NCBI GenBank assembly: GCA_031280145.1
Contig: JAITHB010000033.1
Location: forward strand, 24,817-88,816
Length of the DNA stretch: 64,000 bases
Source: Oscillospiraceae bacterium
GTDB lineage: Bacteria; Bacillota; Clostridia; Christensenellales; Aristaeellaceae
Direction of reading: 5' to 3'
The first letter of the stretch is position 1. Each line of letters begins with the position of its first letter. The notes under the pieces are model-generated. The model made no database searches, was not told the origin of the DNA, and worked only from the letters and a program-made list of their open reading frames with translations. Positions 27,237-35,029 of this stretch are shown here, piece after piece. The position numbers and the translations under genes are program-made.

Positions 27237-28667
27237 TCATAAAACAGATCCCTGCATCGAAACCGTAAACTTGATGCTCGCGCCGCCGCCTATATTGTTG
27301 GCGGCGGTTATCGTTCCGCCCAGCCGCTCCGCAAGCTCGCGCGATATCGCAAGCCCCAGACCCGTTCCGCCGCCCGTGTGCGCTTTGTCCGCTTTGTAGA
27401 AGCGGTCGAACACATGCGCCAAGTCTTCCTTGGGAATGCCGACGCCCGTGTCGCTCACCTCAATTACCGCGTGTCCGTTTTCTTCCGAGGATGAGACCGT
27501 TATGGAACCGCCCTCGGGCGTGAACTTTATCGCGTTATCCAGCAGCGCCATGAGTATCTGTTCAATTCTGTCGGGATTGGAACAGCATTCGGGCATAGCG
27601 TTTACGCGGCGTTCAAGCGTTTGATTCTTCTCAAGTACGCGCGGCTCGATGGTGTCGAGCGTCTGATTGACGAGCGCCGCCAAGTCAAACTTAATTTTCT
27701 CAAGCGCGAGCCTGCCTGACTGAAGCCGCGACAGCTCCAGCATGTCGTCGACCAGCCGCGACAGCCTGAGGGTTTCGTTCAGCAGAATGTCATACACGTC
27801 AAAGCGCCGCGCGTCGTCCTTTATCAAGCCGTCGCGCAAAGGCTCTATCATACAGCGGAGCGCGGTGAGCGGCGAGCGCAGCTCGTGCGACACGTTCGCG
27901 ATGTAGTCGCGGCGCGTCTGCTCCAACCTTGCGGCTTCCGTCGCGTCGCGAAGAACGCAAACCGCGCTGCCTTCCGCTTCGAGCGGAAGCGCCTTGCACG
28001 AATACACGCGGTCGCCCGTCGTCATCTCCATCTCCGTAAGCTCGTTTAAGCTCAAAGCCGTTCGAGCAAGCGAGAACAGCGGCTCGGGCAGAAGCTCCCC
28101 TGTTTGAACTTGAAGAACTTCCTGCACCGACGGATTAACCAGACCGATTATCCCGTTCGAGTCCGCAAGCGCAATGCCTTCGTCCAACGAATTGAGTATC
28201 AGCAGCGCGCGCGAACGCTCCTGCATAAGCTCGTCCTCCGCGCTCTCGATACGCTGCGTGAACGCTGACAGCGCGGTCTTTATCTCTTTCGCTTCGTTCG
28301 CGTGTATGTCGCGCCCGTTATTGTTGATGCGCGTCGCGGGATTCGCTTGGGTTAGGTTCATCGCTTCAACGGTTACGGAATAAATGGGACGCACGATGCG
28401 GATTGCCGCGACCGCGCACAGCGGGATCAGCAGCATGATTGAAAAGAGCGACGCGATGCGCAGCGACTGCGAAATGGCGAAGCGTTCCGCCTGCGCGATT
28501 CTGTCCGCAATCGCAAGCTGATCCGCCGCAAGGTCGGTGAACACGTTCTGGAACAGACGGTATTCAATCCACTGATACAGCGACAGCGTAAGCGTGGACG
28601 CGAGGACGATTCCAAGCGACACAAGAAGTATCGTTCTGCGAATTGTAACGGACCTAAATATCAGCAT
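27237..28667 (-). CDS. Sensor histidine kinase (two N-terminal TM segments, PAS-like linker, HisKA, HATPase_c)
   Basis: H-box SHELRSPLTAL, N-box LLDNAIKFT, G1 DTGVGI, G2 GGTGLGLAI. ATG 28667 (the track TTG is at 28673) overlaps the end of the upstream ABC ATPase gene. No response-regulator gene is adjacent. Confidence 0.9.
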   Translation of the reverse strand: MLIFRSVTIRRTILLVSLGIVLASTLTLSLYQWIEYRLFQNVFTDLAADQLAIADRIAQAERFAISQSLRIASLFSIMLLIPLCAVAAIRIVRPIYSVTVEAMNLTQANPATRINNNGRDIHANEAKEIKTALSAFTQRIESAEDELMQERSRALLILNSLDEGIALADSNGIIGLVNPSVQEVLQVQTGELLPEPLFSLARTALSLNELTEMEMTTGDRVYSCKALPLEAEGSAVCVLRDATEAARLEQTRRDYIANVSHELRSPLTALRCMIEPLRDGLIKDDARRFDVYDILLNETLRLSRLVDDMLELSRLQSGRLALEKIKFDLAALVNQTLDTIEPRVLEKNQTLERRVNAMPECCSNPDRIEQILMALLDNAIKFTPEGGSITVSSSEENGHAVIEVSDTGVGIPKEDLAHVFDRFYKADKAHTGGGTGLGLAISRELAERLGGTITAANNIGGGASIKFTVSMQGSVL

Positions 28668-29244
28668 TATCAAGCAACCTCAGCGGCGGTCCCGCAAACC
28701 TCGCAACCGTTCCCGCAAGCTTCGCGGCAAATTCGGGGTCATGCGTCACAAGTATAACCCGCTCGCGCACCTTCACTTGTTCCTCCAGCAGATCGAGAAT
28801 GACGCCTGCCGTCGCGTCGTCCAGTTCTTTGAACGGTTCGTCAAGAAAAAGCGTCTCGGCGGGAAACGCGAGCGCCCGCGCGATCGCAGCCCGCTGGCGC
28901 ATTCCTCCCGAAAGCTCCGCGGGATACAGGCCTACGCTGTCCGCAAGTCCGACGCGCTCAAGCCATTCGTCGGGCTTTTCGCTTACAAGCCGCAGATTTT
29001 CCAGAACCGTGCGCCGCGGAATCAGCCTGTGTTCTTGAAACAGATAAGACACGCGATGCGGTGTACCCGAAATTTTTCCGCTGGTCGGTATCGTAAGACC
29101 CGCTATGATTCGCAGGAGGGTTGTCTTGCCCGAACCCGACGGACCTGTTATCACGACAAGCCGCTCCTCGGGAACAGCCCACGAGAAGTTCTTGAGAACC
29201 GTTTTGCCGTCGTATGAAAGACTGACATTATCAAATATAATCAA
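28654..29244 (-). CDS. ABC transporter ATP-binding protein (short, NitT/TauT-like)
   Basis: 196 aa. GPSGSGKTT, LSGGMRQR, LFLDEPF. TTG start overlaps the permease stop (TTGA). Confidence 0.88.
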   Translation of the reverse strand: MIIFDNVSLSYDGKTVLKNFSWAVPEERLVVITGPSGSGKTTLLRIIAGLTIPTSGKISGTPHRVSYLFQEHRLIPRRTVLENLRLVSEKPDEWLERVGLADSVGLYPAELSGGMRQRAAIARALAFPAETLFLDEPFKELDDATAGVILDLLEEQVKVRERVILVTHDPEFAAKLAGTVARFAGPPLRLLDNADI

Positions 29245-29993
29245 TACGTAATCCCGCGTCCTCCCGCTTTAATCACCTTGGCAAAACAAATCTCCATCAG
29301 CCTGCTGACGATTATGATGATCGCCGTCCACGCGAACAGCTCGTCCGTATTCAAATATATCTTCGCGTTGTAGAGCATCGTGCCTACGGCTTCCTTCGGC
29401 GTACCCAGCACCTCCGCCGCAATCATCGCCTTCCAGCACAGCCCTATAGACGCGGAAAGCGCGGCGAGGAACGTTCCCTTAATTGACGGAACTATCACAT
29501 GAAGCAGCGTCTTTGTTCTGCCGAACCGATACGCCGCGGCCATCTCAAGCAGGTTTCTGTCTACGCCCGCAACGCCCTGCGACAAATTAGCCCAGATGAT
29601 AGGAAGCGTCATAAGGCTTGCCGCGAATATCGGAACGCTTGCGGACGACATCCACACCAGCGCAAGTATGATGAACGAGGCGACGGGCGTTGCGCGAACC
29701 GCCGTCAGCGCGGGGCTGATTATCGCGCGCGCAATCTTTGAAAGTGAGGTGAGCGCGGCGCAGACGATTCCGAGCAGAACGCCTGTCCCAAGCGCGGCGA
29801 ACTGCCGAATGAGCGACCTGCCTATCATGCGCCAGGTTCGCGGCTCGCCGAGGATTCGCACAACCGCGTTAAACGTCTGCGTCGGCGACGCGAGAAGCAA
29901 GTCGCGGCTCACGGCATGGTAGGCAAGCTGCCAGACCGCGAGCCAGAACAGTATGGATAATATGGTCGCTGCCGCGCGGGTTCTGCCGCTCAT
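29241..29993 (-). CDS. ABC transporter permease (binding-protein-dependent transport family)
   Basis: 250 aa with about 6 TM segments and an EAA-like loop (LLEMAAAYRFGRTKTLLHVIVP). Confidence 0.85.
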   Translation of the reverse strand: MSGRTRAAATILSILFWLAVWQLAYHAVSRDLLLASPTQTFNAVVRILGEPRTWRMIGRSLIRQFAALGTGVLLGIVCAALTSLSKIARAIISPALTAVRATPVASFIILALVWMSSASVPIFAASLMTLPIIWANLSQGVAGVDRNLLEMAAAYRFGRTKTLLHVIVPSIKGTFLAALSASIGLCWKAMIAAEVLGTPKEAVGTMLYNAKIYLNTDELFAWTAIIIIVSRLMEICFAKVIKAGGRGITY

Positions 29994-31007
29994 CTATTTG
30001 ATATAATACAAATCGTCTTCAGGCAGTTTTCCGCCGACGGACTGCGGGTTGAATTTATACAGAATCTCGAACAGCGGCTGAATCATGTCTTGCATTTCCG
30101 CGCCGTCGATATATTTGATGTGCGAGCCTGACAGCGCCTTCATAACCACGGCGGCGTTCGGCATTATGCCAAGCTCAACCGCCATATCCGCCAGGTCCGC
30201 GGGCGAGCTGTATACAAACGCGATCGATTCCTCCAGCGCGGACAAGAACGCGTCTACCTCGTAGGGGTTATTCTTCGCGAATTCCGCGCTCGCTATAACA
30301 CAGCCCATCGACAGAACCGCGTCGCTGCCGTTAATCTCCGCCGCGTCGCCGAACATCTGCGTCACGTCGAGGGCATAGCGGAACGAATCGTTGTTTGCGG
30401 CGAGGCTTGTCGCGAACGGTTCGGGCAGCATAACCAAATCGAGTTCGCCCGCCGCCGCCAGCGCGGCGACCTCCGCGTGTTCCGCTTTGAAGTCAATCTG
30501 CGTGTCAAGTTCGTTCGTTTCAATTATGTAGCGCAGAACGTACTCGGGCATCGAGCCTTGACCAGACATCCAAACCGTCTTGCCCGCCAAGTCGGAAACG
30601 TCGGCAACAGTCTCGCCGCTCTCCAGTATGTGCAGAACGCCCAGCGTGTTTATCGCAAGCAGTCTCACTCCGCCGTTAAGCTTGCTGTAGAGCGCGGCCG
30701 CAAGGTTGGTGGGGACGCATACAATGTCCGCTTGCCCCGAGGCGATCGCGGCGACCGCCTCATCAGGCGAGCCGACGAAGTCAATCTCATACCGCTTGGG
30801 CGTGAAAGGTCGGTTCTGCTCGTTTGCTAGATACGCCATACCGATGCCTGTCGGCCCGCGAAGCGCGAGTATCTTCGGCAGAGCGGAAGCCTCCGCGGCT
30901 TCAGGCGAGGGGGAAGCAACAGGAGCCTGATTTTCCGCTCCCGCGCACGCGGCGAACGAGACAAGCATGACGATGAGAAGCGCGTATATCGTGAACGTCT
31001 TTTTCAT
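29994..31007 (-). CDS. ABC transporter substrate-binding lipoprotein (NMT1/THI5-like fold suspected)
   Basis: 337 aa. Lipobox VSFAAC after a signal peptide and an alternating beta-alpha periplasmic-binding-protein pattern. Substrate is not assignable from sequence. Confidence 0.75.
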   Translation of the reverse strand: MKKTFTIYALLIVMLVSFAACAGAENQAPVASPSPEAAEASALPKILALRGPTGIGMAYLANEQNRPFTPKRYEIDFVGSPDEAVAAIASGQADIVCVPTNLAAALYSKLNGGVRLLAINTLGVLHILESGETVADVSDLAGKTVWMSGQGSMPEYVLRYIIETNELDTQIDFKAEHAEVAALAAAGELDLVMLPEPFATSLAANNDSFRYALDVTQMFGDAAEINGSDAVLSMGCVIASAEFAKNNPYEVDAFLSALEESIAFVYSSPADLADMAVELGIMPNAAVVMKALSGSHIKYIDGAEMQDMIQPLFEILYKFNPQSVGGKLPEDDLYYIK

Positions 31008-31044
31008 AAATCCTCCAAAACAAGAAGCTTTGAATCTTACCTAC

Positions 31045-31053
31045 ATTATACCA
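31045..31053 (-). promoter_or_regulatory. Extended -10 element (TGGTATAAT) upstream of the ABC importer operon
   Basis: Reverse strand reads TGGTATAAT. The -35 region is weak. Confidence 0.4.
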
Positions 31054-31142
31054 CTAAATGTAAAAGTAAAACATATTTTCGCGCAATGTAAGAAGGATTT
31101 CACTCTCTTGTCTAGAATATCGGAATTTGGGGTGGGATGGAC

Positions 31143-31171
31143 TTGCGGTCTTATCCTTGTTTGTATATAAT
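31143..31171 (+). promoter_or_regulatory. Promoter of the carboxyltransferase operon (TTGCGG-17 nt-TATAAT)
   Basis: TTGCGG 31143-31148 and TATAAT 31166-31171. Predicts a leader of about 100 nt. Confidence 0.55.
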
Positions 31172-31230
31172 ATACATTCTGTATCATGTTCCGAATCGTG
31201 AGTTATTTTCTGTTTTCCTGCATTCTATCC

Positions 31231-31266
31231 AAACTCTTTTCCGTACTCTTTCCCATACTCTTTTTA
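31231..31266 (+). repeat. Three tandem 12-nt pyrimidine-rich units (AAACTCTTTTCC / GTACTCTTTCCC / ATACTCTTTTTA) abutting the SD
   Basis: Read directly from the sequence. Each unit carries ACTCTTT, and the AAGGAG SD follows at 31266-31271. Confidence 0.85.
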
Positions 31267-31279
31267 AGGAGATGATATA

Positions 31280-32569
31280 TTGGCGGACTTCATAAAGTCA
31301 CTGTTCGACGAAGGCATGTTCACCGAGTGGGACGCGGCGAGCGCTACCAACCTTGTAACAGGCGCGGGGACAATCGCGGGGCGCACGACCGCGCTTTTTC
31401 TGCAGAAGGACGGCGGCGCGCTGTCCCTCGCCCACGCAAACAAAATAAAGAAGGCGTTCGCAACCGCCGCGAAATGCGGAGTGCCGCTCGTCGGGGTGTT
31501 CGACAGCCGCGGCGCGGAGCTTGCCGAAGGCGCGGTCGCGGTTGACGCTTACGCGGAACTGTTCCGCGACGCCGCAAGGCTCTCGGGCGTAGTGCCGATG
31601 ATTGGCGTTATTCTCGGCGACGCCGTCGGCGCGGGCGCGATCCTCCCCGCACTGTTCGACTTCGTCGTCGGCGCGGAAAACGGAAAGTGGTCGCTTATCG
31701 GCGCGGGTTCCGCTTCATATGAGACGGGCGCGAAGATTTCCGCGGCTGAGCTTGCGGGAAGCAAGGCGCACGCTTCGCGCGGCGGAGTGTCGATTCTCGC
31801 GGAGGACGCGGACGACGCGGCGGAGAAAGTACGCGCGTTGCTCGCGTATCTGCCGGACAACAATCTGGAAAGCGCGCCTGAAGAAGACGCCGCCGCGTCC
31901 GCGTCGGGAATATTCGACGCCGACAGCGAGCTTGAGCCGGGCGTTGGGTTCTCTTCCGCTAAGACTTCTTTCGCAAGGCTTGACGGGAAAGTCGTCGGCG
32001 TTGTTTCATATAAGGATAAGCTTGACGCGTCCGCGAGCCTTAAAGCCGCGCGTTTCATCCGCTTCTGCGACAGCTTCAACATACCCGTGATTTCATTCAT
32101 AGACGTTGACGGAATCGCCGCGACCGACGCCGCAGGTCAGACCGCTGCAATCAAGGCGGCGGCGAACCTTGCGTACGCCGCGTCCGAGGCGAACGTGCCG
32201 ATGGTGCGCGTTATCACGGGGAACGCGATCGGCGCGGGATATGCCGCGACAGGCGGCAAGGATTCGTACGACTTCACATACGCGTATCCCGACGCGGTCA
32301 TTTCCGCCGTCTCGCCCAAGGCCGCGGTCGCGCTTTACCGCAAGGACGAGCAGCTTCAGTCCACGGGCGATATAGAAGAAGCGCGCGCGAAGCTTGCTTC
32401 GGATTGGGCGAAGAATGAAGCCTCTCCTGAAGCCGCGGCAAAGCTCGGACTTATCGACGGCATAATTACGCCGGACGGCGCGCGCGCCGCGCTGACTCTT
32501 GCGCTTAACATTATCGAGACGAAGCGCGACCACAACCCGCCCAAGAAACACGGCAACCTGCCGCTCTGA
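31280..32569 (+). CDS. Carboxyltransferase-domain protein (12S / acyl-CoA carboxylase beta-like, divergent and short)
   Basis: 429 aa, TTG start with an AAGGAG SD. Two crotonase-like halves with a family-typical C-terminus PPKKHGNLPL. Usual glycine-rich motifs are altered: DSRGAELAEG, LGDAVGAGAILPA, GNAIGAGYAATGG. Confidence 0.7.
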   Translation: MADFIKSLFDEGMFTEWDAASATNLVTGAGTIAGRTTALFLQKDGGALSLAHANKIKKAFATAAKCGVPLVGVFDSRGAELAEGAVAVDAYAELFRDAARLSGVVPMIGVILGDAVGAGAILPALFDFVVGAENGKWSLIGAGSASYETGAKISAAELAGSKAHASRGGVSILAEDADDAAEKVRALLAYLPDNNLESAPEEDAAASASGIFDADSELEPGVGFSSAKTSFARLDGKVVGVVSYKDKLDASASLKAARFIRFCDSFNIPVISFIDVDGIAATDAAGQTAAIKAAANLAYAASEANVPMVRVITGNAIGAGYAATGGKDSYDFTYAYPDAVISAVSPKAAVALYRKDEQLQSTGDIEEARAKLASDWAKNEASPEAAAKLGLIDGIITPDGARAALTLALNIIETKRDHNPPKKHGNLPL

Positions 32570-32601
32570 TAAAACTGCCGAATTGGAAGGAGGCTGCCTG
32601 A

Positions 32602-33084
32602 ATGGCTGAAATACAGAACGAGCCGATACCCGAAACGACCGACTCTTCCCGGATCGTCGGAGGCGATTTGCAATCTATCGCGCTGACGGAAACGCCCGCG
32701 CCGTCGTCCGTCGTCTCGCCCGGAATAAGCAACATCGCCGCGATCGCAACGCTTGCAATCGTCGCGCTTCTGTTCATCGCAATAACATTGCTGAACAAAC
32801 TTAAGGACGGCGCCGCCAAAAAGCCCGCGCCGCCTGCCGCGCCTATAGTGACCGAAGTGAAGCGCGTCCATACCGCCGCGCCGCCGCCCGTTCCGTCTTC
32901 CGCAAACGCTGACGACGAGATTGCAGCAGTAATTTCCGCCGCCGTGGCGTATTATCTCGCGGAAGAACAACCGACGCCGGCACAGCCGCCCGCATCCCAT
33001 GCGGTTAAGTCCGCGGCGAAGCTGCCGCGCCAAAAGGCATGGCAGCGCGTCGGCCGCGAGGAGCAGGTCTACTCGCGCCTGTAA
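32602..33084 (+). CDS. OadG-like small membrane-anchor subunit with Pro/Ala-rich linker
   Basis: 160 aa with one TM segment (IAAIATLAIVALLFIAITLL), a PAPPAAP linker, and DDEIAAVISAAVAYYL, which resembles the conserved OadG/decarboxylase gamma-chain helix. Confidence 0.55.
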   Translation: MAEIQNEPIPETTDSSRIVGGDLQSIALTETPAPSSVVSPGISNIAAIATLAIVALLFIAITLLNKLKDGAAKKPAPPAAPIVTEVKRVHTAAPPPVPSSANADDEIAAVISAAVAYYLAEEQPTPAQPPASHAVKSAAKLPRQKAWQRVGREEQVYSRL

Positions 33085-33143
33085 GCATAATATAAACGGG
33101 GAATTTATCCTCTTATCCGAAAATTACTCGTAAGGAGAATTAT

Positions 33144-33527
33144 ATGCGTTCATTCAGCATAACGGTCAACGGAAAGTCATATCAGGTTCAGGTTGAGGAG
33201 ACAACAGGCGGCGCGCCAATCGTACAGTCCGTCGCGCCAGTCGCCCCGCCCGCGCCTGTCGCTCCCGCCGCGCCCGTTGTTCCCGTAACACCCGCCGCGC
33301 CCGCCGTCTCAGGCGGCGAACCGATTAACGCGCCTATGCCGGGAACAATCCTTTCAGTCGCGGTTACGCCGGGTCAGTCTGTCAAGAAACACGACGTGCT
33401 GTGCGTTCTTGAAGCGATGAAGATGGAAAACGAGATAGTCGCGCCCAAGGACGGCACCGTCGCGGCTGTACTGGTGAAGAAGGGCGACGCCGTCAATTCG
33501 GGCGACAAGCTGATTCTGCTGGCGTAA
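33144..33527 (+). CDS. Biotin carboxyl carrier protein (1.3S-like biotinyl domain)
   Basis: 127 aa with a Pro/Ala linker then the biotinylation motif LEAMKMENEI. Confidence 0.9.
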   Translation: MRSFSITVNGKSYQVQVEETTGGAPIVQSVAPVAPPAPVAPAAPVVPVTPAAPAVSGGEPINAPMPGTILSVAVTPGQSVKKHDVLCVLEAMKMENEIVAPKDGTVAAVLVKKGDAVNSGDKLILLA

Positions 33528-33561
33528 GCGGATGACCGTTGAAATTTAGTTGAGGTAAAAT

Positions 33562-34947
33562 ATGGCGAAAGTTAAAATAGTCGATACAATTCTGCGCGAC
33601 GCACACCAATCGCAGGCCGCGACCCGAATGACGATAGAGCAGATGCTGCCCGCGTGCGAATATCTTGACAAGGCGGGCTACTACGCGCTGGAATGCTGGG
33701 GCGGCGCGACGTTCGATTCCTGTCTGCGCTTCCTGAACGAAGACCCGTGGGAACGCCTTCGCAGGCTTCGCGCCGCGCTTCCGAACACCAAGCTTCAGAT
33801 GCTTCTGCGCGGGCAAAACATACTCGGTTACAAGCATTACGCGGACGACGTCGTCGATTACTTCGTCAAGAAGACTATCGACAACGGAATCGACATCATC
33901 CGCACGTTCGACGCTCTGAACGACCTGCGCAACATGCAGACCGCCGTCAAGGCATGCAAGCGGTATAACGGAATCGCGGAAGTGGCGATGAGCTACACGA
34001 TAAGCCCAGTCCATACGGAACAATACTTCGTTGATTTGGCGAAGCGCATTGAAGACATGGGCGCGGACATCATCTGCATAAAAGATATGGCAAACCTTCT
34101 TCTGCCGTACGACGCGGCGAGCCTTATCGGCAAGCTGAAGCAGAACACCAAGCTTCCCATTCACCTGCACACCCACAACACGACGGGTACGGGCGACATG
34201 ACATACCTTAAGGCGATAGAAGCGGGCGTGGACATCGTGGACACCGCGCTGTCGCCGCTCGCAAACGGAACCAGCCAGCCCGCGACGGAAGCGCTCGTCG
34301 CCACTCTTCGCGGTACGGAACACGACACGGGCTTGAACCTCGAAATGCTCGTGAAAGCCGCGGAAGTTATGCGCGGCGTAGCGGAAGAGCTTACGAAATC
34401 AGGCTGGCTCGACCCGCGCGTCCTGTCTGTAGACGTTAACACTCTGCTCTACCAGGTGCCGGGTGGAATGCTCTCCAACCTCATCGGGCAGCTCAAGCAA
34501 GCGAACGCTTCCGGCAAATTCTATGACGTGCTGGCGGAAGTGCCGCGCGTGCGCGAGGACTTCGGTTTCCCGCCGCTCGTCACGCCGACGAGCCAGATAG
34601 TAGGCTCGCAAGCCGTCATGAACGTGCTTGGCGGCGAGCGCTACAAGATGGTGACGAAGGAATCCAAGGGGCTTATGCGCGGCGAATACGGTCAGCTTCC
34701 TGCGCCGGTCAACGAGGATGTGCGCAAAAAGATAATCGGCGACGAGAAAGTGATAACTCACCGCCCCGCGGACGATATCAAGCCTGAGCTTGAGAACTAT
34801 CGCAAGGAGATCCGCCACCTGTCGGAGCAGGACGAGGACGCGTTGTCCTACGCGCTGTTCCCGCAAGTCGCGCTGAAGTTCTTCGAGGCAAGACAGGCGG
34901 CGAAGCTAAGACTGGAAGGCGCGACCGCAAGCGTCGCCGCCATCTAG
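33562..34947 (+). CDS. Pyruvate/oxaloacetate carboxyltransferase subunit (5S / OadA-PycB-like, no fused biotinyl domain)
   Basis: 461 aa. VDTILRDAHQSQAATRM and HLHTHNTTGTG give a TIM-barrel HMGL-like domain with a conserved C-terminal region. It ends before any AMKM motif. Confidence 0.88.
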   Translation: MAKVKIVDTILRDAHQSQAATRMTIEQMLPACEYLDKAGYYALECWGGATFDSCLRFLNEDPWERLRRLRAALPNTKLQMLLRGQNILGYKHYADDVVDYFVKKTIDNGIDIIRTFDALNDLRNMQTAVKACKRYNGIAEVAMSYTISPVHTEQYFVDLAKRIEDMGADIICIKDMANLLLPYDAASLIGKLKQNTKLPIHLHTHNTTGTGDMTYLKAIEAGVDIVDTALSPLANGTSQPATEALVATLRGTEHDTGLNLEMLVKAAEVMRGVAEELTKSGWLDPRVLSVDVNTLLYQVPGGMLSNLIGQLKQANASGKFYDVLAEVPRVREDFGFPPLVTPTSQIVGSQAVMNVLGGERYKMVTKESKGLMRGEYGQLPAPVNEDVRKKIIGDEKVITHRPADDIKPELENYRKEIRHLSEQDEDALSYALFPQVALKFFEARQAAKLRLEGATASVAAI

Positions 34948-34972
34948 TCACCTTCATAATAGCCATACAACA

Positions 34973-34998
34973 ACGGACGCGCAATGCGCGTCCGTTTT
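34973..34998 (+). terminator. Rho-independent terminator of the carboxyltransferase operon
   Basis: ACGGACGCGC-AAT-GCGCGTCCGT followed by TTT. Confidence 0.7.
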
Positions 34999-35014
34999 GC
35001 GCGGAACGAATCTA

Positions 35015-35023
35015 TGGTATAAT
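35015..35023 (+). promoter_or_regulatory. Extended -10 promoter element TGGTATAAT immediately upstream of the priA ATG
   Basis: TG at 35015-35016 and TATAAT at 35018-35023. Only 6 nt separate it from the ATG at 35030, and no SD is present. Confidence 0.5.
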
Positions 35024-35029
35024 CCGATT

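Noticed and set aside
31008-31142. Possible TPP (THI-box) riboswitch upstream of the NMT1/THI5-like ABC substrate-binding gene
   Set aside because: On the coding (minus) strand I could find neither the conserved CUGAGA element nor the ACCUGAUCUGGAUAAUGCCAGCG-like core. The predicted leader from the extended -10 element is only about 30 nt.
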